64,000 bases of DNA from an uncultured Gammaproteobacteria bacterium (GCA_964345045.1 CAYFPM010000001.1:108215-172214), one strand, 5' to 3'; shown: positions 7,675-18,566, counted from the first letter of the stretch. Made by a program: numbers and translations. Notes: generated by a model not told the origin, from the sequence alone.

Positions 7675-10600
7675 ATGTTTTCCAAACGTCTGGCTATCTT
7701 GGCCATTATAGGGGGTTTGGGGGGAGCGTTGCTAGGTTTTCAAGAATTAGCAAATGGTTTCACATTGGATTCTGGCAATACAGATCAAGTGAATCTTAAT
7801 ACCTTAAAATTTGATTCTGGCAAAAGTTCGGATATAACTGTTAACAGTCTTTTTTTGTTGGATAATTCGGAAAATGAAAAAGAAGATGAAAAATCTACTT
7901 TTGATACCAAAACAGAAGAAAAAGATGTAAGTAATTTTAGTATATTAAATTTTAATCAAAAATCTACAGAAACAGTTACTGCCACAGTAGATGTAAGTGA
8001 AAATTTTGCAAAAACAGAAGTGACAGATATTAATATTTTGGAACAAAAAAAAGAAGATGAAAAACAAGATCAAGATGAGGGTAGAGAGGATAGTTTGCTT
8101 ATAAAAACTACTCCAATTACTATTACCCCAATAAAGGTGGAGCCGGTGGAGCCTATAAAAAATATTGATGAGGATACCAAACAAAATGAACTACCAAAAA
8201 AAGAAGATCCAAAGGTAATTTCTGAACAGATTGAGACTAAGATTTCTGAGGAGGAAAAACCTGCCGATGCCACAGGCTCTGGCGCTGTGAAAGAAGAGAA
8301 AAAAAGTATTTTTAATATTTTTTCTCCAAAGGTAGACAAGGTTGATATTGAAGTAGAGTCCAAAAAAGATGCTAAAAAAGTAGAAGTAAAAACTTTGCCA
8401 GAAATAAAAGATACTCGTTTGCAAGTTGATTTTGAAATAGAAAAAAAAGAAGATGGATCTGTAAAAGTGGAAGGCTCTAAAGTAAGAACAAATTTGGAAA
8501 TTGCTATTGATAGTAAAGTAAAAGAATCTAACAAAGAAGATGCCCCAAAAGAAGAACAAGTTAAACCAAAAATACTTTCTCCAATCAAACCAACTCTTAT
8601 CAAAACCAAACAAGATCTTGGAACATATGCTGGAGATATTGCTGCTCGTGACACAGATGTAGAATCTGTAGAAATTGAAGAAGACACAGTAGAAGTGTCT
8701 TACAAAAAACCGGCCCGACTCTTTGGTATTTTCCCAACCAAAATAAAGGAAGACGTGGTTGTAAAAACAGATTCATTGGGTCGACCTGATGTAGAAGTAA
8801 AACGTCCTTGGTGGGCTATTTTCACTAGTGAAAAAGATAGTAAAGAAGAAGTAGCCGAAGATATAGAAAAGAGAGTTGGTTACACAGGTACAGGTGCTAG
8901 CAGCCAAGAATCTTCTGTAAGACTAGCTGGAATTCTTGGAGCCATTGATCGTACTATGAAGATTGGTAGTGACAAAGCTACTGGAATTGATGTGGTCTCT
9001 AGTGTAGAAGAAGGTTTGCCAGATAGAGATGACGTGCCAGAAGAAGGTGTACTTGTAAGTGATTTAGATGTCATGATGCGTCAAGCTTTCTTGGGGGACT
9101 TGTTTAATCGTCCTGGTTCTGGAAGCTCGGCTCATATTTTTATCGATCTGGCTATAGAAGGAACTTTTGGTAATTTTGCTTCGCAACAATTAAGTATTGC
9201 CAGCCGCACAGCCGGGGACAGTGGCGAATTTATTGTCGCTGGTATTGGCAGAGTATTGACCATGTTCAACGAAAGAGGACTTAGCCACCAGCATGATGCC
9301 TTCTTGCGTTCAGCTCTAGTACTAGAAGTCGCTAGAGCTATGAATGGAGACGCAGCTGCCGCAGCCTTTGTAAATCAGTATGCTAGTCAAATGAATAATT
9401 TATTGGCAAACAGTGGTGTGCCACTGACAACTTCTGCCAATGGAAATAGAACTTTGGTAAATTTTGCTGTTTGTTCTGGTGCCAATAGAGCTGGTTGTGT
9501 CGATGTCGCTACTCTACTTAGTTCACTTGGTGATCCTCGCTCACTTTCCAATTTGTGTGATCCAGGTAACATGGTGTTGAACGGAATTATGAATTTGGCT
9601 GGAGACGAAAGATATGGATGTGCTCCACCAACCGGAATGTGTGCTACTACCTTGGAAGGTGGTATTAACAATGGAGAAAACGTAGCTCCAGGATTACCAG
9701 GAATACAGCAACCAGAAAATGCCTTGGGACAATCGGATGTTCCAAATGGGGCACAAGGATTTTTGGAAGACCAAGGTATTACCGGTCAAGATTTGGAAAC
9801 CATCTGTGGAGCTCATGCTGCCGGAGCGCTGGGACTAGGCGGTGGAACACAAGAGTGTATAGAAAATGCAATTTCACAAATGGCCAGACAAGATCTGCTT
9901 GGTGCTGCTGGTATGGCTGGTTGTATGGCCGGAGCCCTAGGTCTAGAGCTAGGAGATGACCCAGCCATCGATAGAGTGATTGATGATGCCCTTAACAGTC
10001 GTGGTTGTGGAGACCTAGCCGCCGATGGAGAAAAGAAAGAAACTCCTCCAAAGGAAGAGAAAAAACCAGATCCTTCGAAAGAAACTGAGGAAAAAACTCC
10101 ACCACCAAAAGATAAAGAAGAACCAAAGAAAGAAGAAAAAGGATTTTTTGGTAAATTGTGGGATGCTGTTTTTGGTGGAGGTAATGATAAAAAACCAGGA
10201 GTAGAATTCCAATATGACAAAGAAGGAAAGTTAATTGGTGCAGAATCTGGAAATACAATAGTAAGACTTAATGAAGACGGTGAAGCAATAGTGGAAATAG
10301 GTGGTCAAAATGTAACTGTCGAAGGAAGCCAAAATGAATTGGAAGCTATATTAGACGCCATCGGAGGTGTTTATGATGGAGAAGGTGTAGGAAACATTGT
10401 AGATTATGATTCTACTGGAGAAATATACATTGGAGCACAAAGAGCCCTATTGAAGTTTAAAAATATTAGAGGTTCTTCGTTAGAGCCAAGCTCTGGTTGT
10501 AGCGAAGCTTTGCAAGCTCTAGAAGCAGCCTACACCCAATGTTCTGGCGACATTATAAACAATGCTGCTGCCGGAGCTGGTGTCCCAGGAGGTTCTCCTG

Positions 10601-11133
10601 CCGAAAGAATCGGACGAACTGCTCCAGGATCTAATCCTTTTGGTGGTAGACCAGGCGAGTATGGTGGCACTGCCGGAGCTACAGATCCAATCACTGCGTG
10701 TATGGAAGCCAATAGTTCTAGAACTCATGGTTCTGGTAACTGGGCCTCCAATGGAGGAGCTTGTGGCTTTATGGTTTGTGCCGATGGTACAGATAGTTGT
10801 TGTCAGGGAGCTGGTTTTGGCAATCAAGCAGCCGGAGAATTGCTTCGTGATTTACGAGATTGTACCGAAGTAATGTGTGTCCCAGGTGAGCCATGTCTTT
10901 GTGCTGGTGAACAAAGTACCGGAGAGTTACCAGAGATACCTATTTTTGGAGATGACGGTGGAGTAAATCCTGTAGCCAACGACAGTATTGCCCCAAACGA
11001 AGGTAGTTCGGCCAGAGGATTTTCTGAAACAGTTGGTAACACCAACTTTACAGGTTCTGTAGGAACTGGCTTTGGTGTGGGTTCTGGATCAAATCCAAGC
11101 CAGGAGCTAGACGGTGATGTAAATAGTAGATAA
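7675..11133 (+). CDS. Very large (1152 aa) predicted surface protein: N-terminal TM/signal, long K/E-rich low-complexity region, Gly/Cys-rich C-terminal region
   Basis: MFSKRLAILAIIGGLGGALLGF hydrophobic N-terminus. About 300 aa of KE-rich repeats. C-terminal half is rich in G, C, A and N with many CxxG/C patterns. Confidence 0.6.
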   Translation: MFSKRLAILAIIGGLGGALLGFQELANGFTLDSGNTDQVNLNTLKFDSGKSSDITVNSLFLLDNSENEKEDEKSTFDTKTEEKDVSNFSILNFNQKSTETVTATVDVSENFAKTEVTDINILEQKKEDEKQDQDEGREDSLLIKTTPITITPIKVEPVEPIKNIDEDTKQNELPKKEDPKVISEQIETKISEEEKPADATGSGAVKEEKKSIFNIFSPKVDKVDIEVESKKDAKKVEVKTLPEIKDTRLQVDFEIEKKEDGSVKVEGSKVRTNLEIAIDSKVKESNKEDAPKEEQVKPKILSPIKPTLIKTKQDLGTYAGDIAARDTDVESVEIEEDTVEVSYKKPARLFGIFPTKIKEDVVVKTDSLGRPDVEVKRPWWAIFTSEKDSKEEVAEDIEKRVGYTGTGASSQESSVRLAGILGAIDRTMKIGSDKATGIDVVSSVEEGLPDRDDVPEEGVLVSDLDVMMRQAFLGDLFNRPGSGSSAHIFIDLAIEGTFGNFASQQLSIASRTAGDSGEFIVAGIGRVLTMFNERGLSHQHDAFLRSALVLEVARAMNGDAAAAAFVNQYASQMNNLLANSGVPLTTSANGNRTLVNFAVCSGANRAGCVDVATLLSSLGDPRSLSNLCDPGNMVLNGIMNLAGDERYGCAPPTGMCATTLEGGINNGENVAPGLPGIQQPENALGQSDVPNGAQGFLEDQGITGQDLETICGAHAAGALGLGGGTQECIENAISQMARQDLLGAAGMAGCMAGALGLELGDDPAIDRVIDDALNSRGCGDLAADGEKKETPPKEEKKPDPSKETEEKTPPPKDKEEPKKEEKGFFGKLWDAVFGGGNDKKPGVEFQYDKEGKLIGAESGNTIVRLNEDGEAIVEIGGQNVTVEGSQNELEAILDAIGGVYDGEGVGNIVDYDSTGEIYIGAQRALLKFKNIRGSSLEPSSGCSEALQALEAAYTQCSGDIINNAAAGAGVPGGSPAERIGRTAPGSNPFGGRPGEYGGTAGATDPITACMEANSSRTHGSGNWASNGGACGFMVCADGTDSCCQGAGFGNQAAGELLRDLRDCTEVMCVPGEPCLCAGEQSTGELPEIPIFGDDGGVNPVANDSIAPNEGSSARGFSETVGNTNFTGSVGTGFGVGSGSNPSQELDGDVNSR

Positions 11134-11155
11134 TTAAATATTAAAGTTTAAGTAT

Positions 11156-11710
11156 ATGGAACATCCAAAAATTATACAGAAAATAAGTAAGCGCAATCTT
11201 TCACTAGCTGGTATTATTGCTGTAGTTGGTTTAGCCTCCCTTATTTTTGGTTTGCAATCCAGCATTGAATTGACCTTTGCCAGGTTCACTGTACCTCCAA
11301 TTTTGTTTGTGATTTTAGGTCTTGTTATTATCTTGGTAGCTATTGTTTGGGGTTTAATTGGTTTGAAATCAGAACATTGCGCAGAATGTAAATCAGAATT
11401 AACCTCTGAACAAGCTAGATTTGAATTTGAGGCTCAAAAAACTGTATTGGAAGCGATAAGTAAAAAGGAAGTCACTCTTCTTACCAGTTTGTCAATGGCC
11501 GAAGACCCGGGGAATGAAATTGAAATTGATTTTAACTATTGTAAAAAGTGTCATAACATTGGACAGGTAGAAGTAAATCGTCGCGAAGAATGGAATCCAG
11601 ACAATTTATTGCCAGAAGAAAATGTAGATAACAAAGATTTTATAAAATCTTTGGGAAAAATTACAGAAGAACAAGAAAAATTAAGAGAAGAAATGGAAGA
11701 TGATGAATAG
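11156..11710 (+). CDS. Membrane protein with two TM helices and a CxxC...CxxC zinc-ribbon-like segment
   Basis: Hydrophobic helices at about 15-70. Motifs CAECK and CKKCH. Acidic C-terminus. Confidence 0.45.
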   Translation: MEHPKIIQKISKRNLSLAGIIAVVGLASLIFGLQSSIELTFARFTVPPILFVILGLVIILVAIVWGLIGLKSEHCAECKSELTSEQARFEFEAQKTVLEAISKKEVTLLTSLSMAEDPGNEIEIDFNYCKKCHNIGQVEVNRREEWNPDNLLPEENVDNKDFIKSLGKITEEQEKLREEMEDDE

Positions 11711-11752
11711 AAAAAATATTAATTTATTTATTTACTTTAATTAATGTAATTT

Positions 11753-12223
11753 ATGAAGAAAATAATTGGAGTTGCTTTGGTAACACTTAGTATGGTTCTT
11801 TTTTTGAGTGGCTGTGCTGTAGGAGAAACAGGTAAACATAATACTTTGGTGGACAAATTAGATGCTGTAGTATCTGCAGACCAGGTATTTTATGGAGAAT
11901 TAGAAAATTATGAACTAGGAGGAGACACTAGTGCTTTAAGAACATCTTTTGATTCTTTCAAAGTTGCTACTGTTGAGTTGGATACTTTTTTTTCAGAGAC
12001 AAAACTTGATAAAGCCCAAGAATCTTTTCAGATAGAGTATGACGTTATTTACAAAAAAGCAGTGGATAGTTATCTATCCAAAGCAGAAGAAGTTGTAGAG
12101 GCTATAGAATCTGGAGTAAATGAGGAAGAGCTTAATGTTTTGTTTGAAGAGATTGTAGAACCAGCTAATGATTTTATAGAAGCAGATAATTCTATGACAG
12201 AGGCTATAAATAAGCAGGCTTAA
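11753..12223 (+). CDS. Putative lipoprotein
   Basis: Signal peptide with lipobox LFLSGC. Confidence 0.5.
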   Translation: MKKIIGVALVTLSMVLFLSGCAVGETGKHNTLVDKLDAVVSADQVFYGELENYELGGDTSALRTSFDSFKVATVELDTFFSETKLDKAQESFQIEYDVIYKKAVDSYLSKAEEVVEAIESGVNEEELNVLFEEIVEPANDFIEADNSMTEAINKQA

Positions 12224-12233
12224 TATACTAAGT

Positions 12234-12266
12234 TAAAAAAAGAACCTTCAAAAGGTTCTTTTTTGT
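12234..12266 (+). terminator. Intrinsic terminator
   Basis: AAAAAAAGAACCTTC-AAAA-GGTTCTTTTTTG. Confidence 0.7.
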
Positions 12267-12330
12267 TTTTTTACAGTTTTTTGTATAAATGCTATTATTA
12301 TACTAATAATTTTTTAAACATCATGAATAT

Positions 12331-15048
12331 ATGATTCAGCTTTTGCGTAAATATACGATTGGTTTTTTGGTTATGGGGGGATTATTTGCTTCATTGTATT
12401 TTTCAACTCAGGTGCAAACAGCATCTTGTTTTGGATTAGAATCTGGCAAACCTTATAAACATCCATTCCATAGTGGTGTTTATTATATTTCAGAAGACTG
12501 TACCAAACGTCCAATAAAAAATTCTAACATATACTTTTCCTATTTCAACAGTTGGAACGATGTGGACACGGTTAGTCAATCATTATTAGATAGTATCCCA
12601 GACAATGAGTTAGGATTTTTACCATGGGGACCAAAAAGAGATTTCAAAAATGGATCACTCTTAAAAACTGTAACTGATCCAAAAGTATATTTGATTCTAA
12701 ATGATAAACGTTATCCAATCGGTAGTGAAACAGCTTTTAGAAATTTGGGTTATTCATTTGCTTGGATAGAAGATGTTGATCAAAGAGTATTAAATAAATA
12801 TTTGGTTGGCCGAGATATTTCGTCGACAAGTGATTATCCAAAAACTTTGGTATTTAAATATGAGGGTAGTCCAAAGGTCTATATATTGGACGATCATAAT
12901 GATAAAGACTTGGGCAAACGTCATGTTATTTCTTATAAAGATTTGTCTCGTGATTACCGGGTAGATAGAATTGCAGTATTACCATCATCTGTAGTTATAA
13001 ATGATTCCCCAGATGGAGAAATTTTAGAAGGAACCAGTTTGAAAGATACAAATAAACAGGTAGAAGAATGTGAAAACTATGCACATGATGGCAGTTGTGA
13101 AAAGGATGAAAAAGAAAGTGAAAATAAAAGTAAAGCGATTTGTGGAAATGGTATAAAAGAAACAGGAGAGTACTGTGATGACGGTAGACTTAATGGTCAA
13201 GCAGGTGAGTGTAATGCACAGTGTAGTGCGTATTTGCCACTTTCTTCAGAACCAAGCGAAGATAGTGATAGTGGATCTATTTGTGGTAACAATATACGAG
13301 AATCAGGAGAAGTATGTGATAGTGGAAGCAACAATGGTAAAGTTGGGTATTGTAATAAAAGTTGTTCAGGCACTATTCCTTCTTCTTCAGTTGTTCTTCC
13401 AACTTTACCACCAGTAGGAACGCCAACCGTCCAATGGACCAAGTTTACCCCGGCGGCCAACACCAATATCATTTATGTAAGTAGCAATGGAAATGACAAG
13501 ACGGGGAAAGTATACTCAGCCGCTGAGGTAGGCAATGACCCATTTAATCCATCTGTTTCTATCCAATCGTTTGCTACTTTGGCAGCTGCCATGAATCAAG
13601 CGCGCAATGATATGCCAGACTGGGTGCTCTTGAAACGTGGTGATACTTTTTATACAGACACTTTGGTTCGTCCACGTAGTGGTCAATCAGCATCGGCAAT
13701 GTCACTCATCGGGAGTTATGGTAGTGGACCGCGTCCTGTTATTATCCCCACTGTAACAGATGTTTCAGTTATCACTGCGCCACCTGGCTTATCCCATGCA
13801 GCCATTACAGACCTCGACATCTATGGTGAACAACACGACCCAACCTCACCAAGCTTTGCTGGTTATGGCACAATGGCTGGAGGCATGCTCATGTTGGCTA
13901 GTACAGGTAATACCAACACAAATATTTTGATTGAAAACAACCGTTTTAGATATCTCGGTGGGGCATTCAATTTTCAAGCCTTTGGTGGCACTTTTACCAA
14001 TGTCACGATCCGTGGCAATGCTATATTGCATTCTTATGGACATACTGGTCATTCGGGGGGTGCATACTTTCAAGAAATCAATGGACTTCTTTTTGAAGGG
14101 AATATTTTTGATCATAATGGTTGGCTTAAGCAAAGCATTCAAGGGAATAATGCGAAGGAAGAGGGACAAGCAACCATTTTTAATCACAATTTATATTTGA
14201 ACGCAGTTCATAATACTACATTGCGTAATAACGCTTTCTTACGGGCTTCGTCAATTGGAGCAAAAGTCCTTTCTGAAAGTGCTACCCAATCAAGTAATGT
14301 TGTGTTTGAAGATAATCTATTTGTAGAAGGAGAAGTGGGGATTAGTTTTGGTGGAAACGACAAAACTGCGCTTCAAAAATATGACACTGTTTCTGTACGG
14401 GATAATGTTTTTATGCATATTGGACGTGCTCGTCCGACCAATCGACATTTGTCTTGGGCGATTACATTAGAGGCTCTCTTTGGTGGGCCAAATGTGATTG
14501 ACGGGAATATTTTTATGCTCCAAGAGGAGTCAAACCTTAGTGGTAATGCCTTTGCCATTCAAGCAACGTTGGCCAATGAACAAACAAGCATAACTAATAA
14601 TATCGTCTACGATTACTATTCAGACAGTGGAACGATGACATTGTACAACAATGCCGGGAACTCTCAGATTACGTTTGCAAATAATGAAGTTCAATCTCCT
14701 GGATATAGCTCTGTACTAATGAACTACGAAGCCGGGCCATATACATACTCTGGCAATAAATACTACTCTACAGCACCAACTAGCGGATGGTTTGTTGATA
14801 AAAGCAAGGGGAATGGGGTGGATCAATCGATGTGGTCTACTCTCTCAGGGGAGTCTAATCCACAGTTCTCGCAAGCATCCTACCCAAATCCAAATGTCCG
14901 TTTAGAATCGTATGTTAGTAGTCAAGGCAAGGGCAGCACATATTCCGATTTTATTAATGTTATGCGTGCTCAAGAACGTGCTAGCTGGAATGCCAATTTT
15001 GAACCATCAGTAATTAATGATTACATTCGAGCTGGATTTGGAAGATAA
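12331..15048 (+). CDS. Secreted 905-aa protein with Cys-rich CGNGI..GExCDDG repeats and a C-terminal parallel beta-helix (pectate-lyase-like) region
   Basis: Signal peptide. CGNGIKETGEYCDDGRLNGQAGECNAQCS and CGNNIRESGEVCDSGSNNGKVGYCNKSCS repeats. Repetitive N-rich I/V-x-N motifs typical of right-handed beta-helix. The 3' half is about 45% GC versus about 35% in the 5' half. Confidence 0.6.
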   Translation: MIQLLRKYTIGFLVMGGLFASLYFSTQVQTASCFGLESGKPYKHPFHSGVYYISEDCTKRPIKNSNIYFSYFNSWNDVDTVSQSLLDSIPDNELGFLPWGPKRDFKNGSLLKTVTDPKVYLILNDKRYPIGSETAFRNLGYSFAWIEDVDQRVLNKYLVGRDISSTSDYPKTLVFKYEGSPKVYILDDHNDKDLGKRHVISYKDLSRDYRVDRIAVLPSSVVINDSPDGEILEGTSLKDTNKQVEECENYAHDGSCEKDEKESENKSKAICGNGIKETGEYCDDGRLNGQAGECNAQCSAYLPLSSEPSEDSDSGSICGNNIRESGEVCDSGSNNGKVGYCNKSCSGTIPSSSVVLPTLPPVGTPTVQWTKFTPAANTNIIYVSSNGNDKTGKVYSAAEVGNDPFNPSVSIQSFATLAAAMNQARNDMPDWVLLKRGDTFYTDTLVRPRSGQSASAMSLIGSYGSGPRPVIIPTVTDVSVITAPPGLSHAAITDLDIYGEQHDPTSPSFAGYGTMAGGMLMLASTGNTNTNILIENNRFRYLGGAFNFQAFGGTFTNVTIRGNAILHSYGHTGHSGGAYFQEINGLLFEGNIFDHNGWLKQSIQGNNAKEEGQATIFNHNLYLNAVHNTTLRNNAFLRASSIGAKVLSESATQSSNVVFEDNLFVEGEVGISFGGNDKTALQKYDTVSVRDNVFMHIGRARPTNRHLSWAITLEALFGGPNVIDGNIFMLQEESNLSGNAFAIQATLANEQTSITNNIVYDYYSDSGTMTLYNNAGNSQITFANNEVQSPGYSSVLMNYEAGPYTYSGNKYYSTAPTSGWFVDKSKGNGVDQSMWSTLSGESNPQFSQASYPNPNVRLESYVSSQGKGSTYSDFINVMRAQERASWNANFEPSVINDYIRAGFGR

Positions 15049-15105
15049 TAGATTTAGCTAGGTTCTAGGTGGTTAGGTAATTAGGGAGGTAAGATAGTTT
15101 AGTCC

Positions 15106-15137
15106 AAAAACATCCGGTAGTTTATCGGATGTTTTTT
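15106..15137 (+). terminator. Intrinsic terminator
   Basis: AAAAACATCCGGTAG-TTTA-TCGGATGTTTTTT. Confidence 0.65.
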
Positions 15138-15188
15138 ATTGACAAAATACATTTTTTGCTATTTACTATTCACTATCTTAACAAGATT

Positions 15189-15935
15189 ATGAAATTCAAT
15201 ATCATCACAATTTTTCCAGATATAATTTCCAATTACGCCGGTGAAACTATTCTTGGTCGTGCTCAAAAAAATAATTTGATAAAAGTAAATCCAATTAACT
15301 TGCGTGACTTTACAGAAGACGCTAGGAAGACAGTTGACGATACTCCCTATGGTGGGGGAGCCGGCATGGTAATGAAATCAGAACCTATTTATAAGGCACT
15401 CAAATCAATCGATGCCATTCCCTTTGCCAAAGTAGATGGACTTTCCAAAGTCAAAAAAGTTTTTGATGGTAGTTTAAAAAAGAAAAAAAAGACTGTCTTA
15501 CTTTCTCCACGTGGCAAACAATTTGACCAACGTATGGCCGAGAAATTTAGTCAGTTAGACGAGTTAACTTTTGTTTGTGGTAGATACGAAGGGGTAGATG
15601 CTCGAGTTTCTCATTATATGGTAGACGAAGAAGTGTCTATAGGGCCATATGTATTGGCTGGTGGAGAACTGGGTGCTTTGGTAATGATAGAGGCTGTGTC
15701 TAGATTAGTTCCAGGAGTTTTGGGTAATAAAGAATCTTTGGCTGAAGAAACATTCATTGCCAATGGTTCATCGCCAATGGTATCCGATGAACCATTGGCT
15801 ACTGGCCATGAACTATTTGTAGAGTACGATCAGTATACAAAACCAGTCGATTTCAAGGGGTGGAAAGTGCCAGATGTACTCCTTTCTGGAGATCACAAAA
15901 AGATAGAAGAATGGAGGAAGGGCAAGGACATATAG
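15189..15935 (+). CDS. trmD: tRNA (guanine37-N1)-methyltransferase
   Basis: MKFNIITIFPD...LGRAQ...DDTPYGGGAGMVMK..., the TrmD SPOUT signature. The start was chosen at the conserved MKF rather than the upstream ORF start. Confidence 0.85.
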   Translation: MKFNIITIFPDIISNYAGETILGRAQKNNLIKVNPINLRDFTEDARKTVDDTPYGGGAGMVMKSEPIYKALKSIDAIPFAKVDGLSKVKKVFDGSLKKKKKTVLLSPRGKQFDQRMAEKFSQLDELTFVCGRYEGVDARVSHYMVDEEVSIGPYVLAGGELGALVMIEAVSRLVPGVLGNKESLAEETFIANGSSPMVSDEPLATGHELFVEYDQYTKPVDFKGWKVPDVLLSGDHKKIEEWRKGKDI

Positions 15936-15966
15936 TTTATCCCCATATCTGTGCAAAACTAGGCAC

Positions 15967-15995
15967 TTGACAACCTTTTGGGGTTCATATATAAT
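15967..15995 (+). promoter_or_regulatory. Consensus sigma70 promoter (TTGACA-N17-TATAAT) driving the 16S rRNA gene
   Basis: TTGACAACCTTTTGGGGTTCATATATAAT. Confidence 0.65.
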
Positions 15996-16328
15996 GGCCA
16001 AGCGTTAAAGAAACATTCCACAATTAAATATTCTGCTAGGCTCTTACAAGAGAGAACCGGTTGAAGAAAGAGTAACCTTGCTTTTTTTGAAAAGTTTCAA
16101 AGAAAGTGTATAAGGTTCCTCTTTTTTCTTTAGAAAAAAGTGGTAGCTCATGACAATCAAATACAAACAACATTCATACTAAGAATGTGACAAAGACAAC
16201 TAGGTGCCAATTTGGCACCAGGTGATAAAAGTCTATTTCTACAAAAAAGAATAAAAATCCTTTTACATTGAGTAAACGGAATAAATTCTCATCGTCGTTG
16301 AGACGATACTAATGTACTTCGGTACATT

Positions 16329-17822
16329 TTCATTGAGAGTTTGATCCTGGCTCAGGATGAACGTTGGCGGCGTGTCTAAGGCATGCAAGTCGAGCGACGG
16401 ACCCACTTCGGTGGGGGACCGAGCGGCAAACGGGTGAGTAACACATTGGTAACCTACCTCCGAGACGAGAATAGCTCATCGAAAGATGAATTAATACTCG
16501 ATAGTCATGAGGGGACGAAAGTCATTCTCATGTAAACCTCCGGGGCTCGGAGAGGGGCCTATGTCTGATTAGCTTGTTGGTAGGGTAAAAGCCTACCAAG
16601 GCGATGATCAGTAGCAGGCGTGAGAGCGTGACCTGCCTCACTGGGACTGAGACACTGCCCAGACTCCTACGGGAGGCTGCAGTCAAGAATATTCCGCAAT
16701 GGACGAAAGTCTGACGGAGCGACGCCGCGTGCAGGAAGACGCCCTTCGGGGTGTAAACTGCTTTTATTAGGGAAGAATTTGTGACGGTACCTAATGAATA
16801 AGAGGTTGCTAACTCTGTGCCAGCAGCAGCGGTAATACAGAGACCTCAAACGTTATCCGGATTTATTGGGCGTAAAGCGTCCGCAGGTTGTTTGGGAAGT
16901 CAGCGGTCAAATCTTCGGGCTTAACTCGAAGACTGCTACTGATACTCCCAGACTAGAGGCTGGAAGAGGCAAGCGGAATTTTCGGTGTAGTCGTAATAAG
17001 CGCTGATATCGAAAAGAACACCAAAGGCGAAGGCAGCTTGCTGGTACATGCCTGACACTCATGGACGAAAGCGTGGGTAGCGAATGGGATTAGATACCCC
17101 AGTAGTCCACGCCCTAAACGATGTCTACTAGGTATTGGAAGTATCGACCCTTTCAGTGCCGTTTAAAAAAGCTAACGCGTTAAGTAGACCGCCTGTGTAG
17201 TACGGCCGCAAGGCTAAAACATAAAGGAATAGACGGGGACCCGCACAAGCGGTGGATCATGCGGTTTAATTCGATGATACGCGGCGAACCTCACCCAGAC
17301 TTGACATGTAACTGCAAGCTCCTAGAAATAGGAGCCGCCTTCGAGGGTGTTACACAGGTGCTGCATGGTTGCCGTCAGCTCGTGCCGTGAGGTGTACCCT
17401 TAAGTGGGGTAACGAGCGCAACCCTCGTCTTGTGTTACATTGTACACAAGAGACTGCCCGGGCAACCGGGAGGAAGGTGAGGACGACGTCAAATCAGCAT
17501 GGCTCTTACGCCTTGGGCGACACACATGATACAATGGCCAGTACAACAGGTTGCCAACCCGCGAGGGGGAGCTAATCCTATAAAGCTGGTCTCAGTTCGG
17601 ATTGCAGGCTGCAACTCGCCTGCATGAAGTTGGAATCGCTAGTAAACGCGCATCAGCCACGGCGCGTTGAATACGTTCTCGGGTCTTGTACTCACCGCCC
17701 GTCACACCACGAAAGCTGGGGGCACCCGAAGGCTCTTTACGGGGACGAAGGTGAAACCAGTGATCAGGGTGAAGTCGTAACAAGGCATCCGTAGCGGAAG
17801 CTGTGGATGGATCACCTCCTTT
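16329..17822 (+). rRNA. rrs: 16S ribosomal RNA (complete, solitary)
   Basis: 5' AGAGTTTGATCCTGGCTCAG. Internal universal blocks GTGCCAGCAGCAGCGGTAATAC and GGATTAGATACCC. 3' end GGATCACCTCCTTT. No 23S follows. Confidence 0.95.
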
Positions 17823-17936
17823 CTGGAGTATATTTGCCGGAAGGCAAATCACAGATTTCGAACTTATGGTTCGGGATTAAATTATCAGAGTAGACCTAAA
17901 TCATCAGTTTCTTTGTCACATTTGTGGTATGAATAA

Positions 17937-17969
17937 AAAACACCAAGCTAAGGTGTTTTTTTGTTATTG
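17937..17969 (+). terminator. Intrinsic terminator about 115 nt after the 16S 3' end
   Basis: AAAAAACACC-AAGCTA-AGGTGTTTTTTTG. Confidence 0.6.
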
Positions 17970-18053
17970 GATTTTATTTAACATCTAACGTTTTCAAGCT
18001 TTTTTGCAGATGTACAATTTGTTTTTGTTATAAAATAGAATAATAACCAGTTG

Positions 18054-18566
18054 TTAATGTGTGATAGTAGTTTTACTTTTTTTTATCGTAGGATTGTCTA
18101 GTACATCGTGGATATAATTAACCAAGCAAACAGTTGTATACAATATAAAAATAATTAGAAGAACAAAAATCAAAGAGAGTGAAAAACCTGCAATGTTTTC
18201 TGTAGAAAAATTGGCAAGACGCTCTGTTGAGAAGAATAACTGAAGAACCTGAAAAAATATTTTAGGAATACTCTGTGCCAAGGATGTCCCCAAAAAAACA
18301 ATCAAAGGGGATATAACTATTATTTTAAATTTATAAGAAGAGAAATGATTTTTTCTAAGATAAAAACTTAAAATGAGAGCAACTGCAATGTAGAATGCAA
18401 TATTTACAGACCATCCCACGAGTCTAAACCAAGATGCTGGTTGAGTGTTGTAACGAAAATAGTTTGTAACTAATGTTATAAGTAAAAAAGATTTACTTAG
18501 ATAAATTAATATATATAATGCGGTTGCTACTAGTTTCTTTTTTGTTATTTTAAAAAAGGATGACAT
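18054..18566 (-). CDS. Hypothetical polytopic membrane protein
   Basis: 170-aa ORF with 4-5 hydrophobic helices. No known motif. Confidence 0.45.
   Translation of the reverse strand: MSSFFKITKKKLVATALYILIYLSKSFLLITLVTNYFRYNTQPASWFRLVGWSVNIAFYIAVALILSFYLRKNHFSSYKFKIIVISPLIVFLGTSLAQSIPKIFFQVLQLFFSTERLANFSTENIAGFSLSLIFVLLIIFILYTTVCLVNYIHDVLDNPTIKKSKTTITH

Noticed and set aside
10015-10258. Minus-strand ORFs inside the K/E-rich part of the giant protein gene
   Set aside because: These are low-complexity antisense artefacts (F/L-rich).
13175-14558. Several 60-110-aa ORFs on both strands inside the 905-aa secreted protein gene
   Set aside because: They are nested within a long, well-supported ORF and have no independent signals.
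15129-15188. Upstream extension of the trmD ORF (MFFIDKIHFLLFTIHYLNKI)
   Set aside because: It overlaps the preceding terminator hairpin, and conserved TrmD N-termini begin at MKFNIIT. The start was moved to 15189.
17823-18053. Expected tRNA-Ile/Ala and 23S rRNA downstream of the 16S
   Set aside because: The spacer was inspected. There is no cloverleaf-compatible sequence and no 23S 5' motifs. A terminator follows instead.
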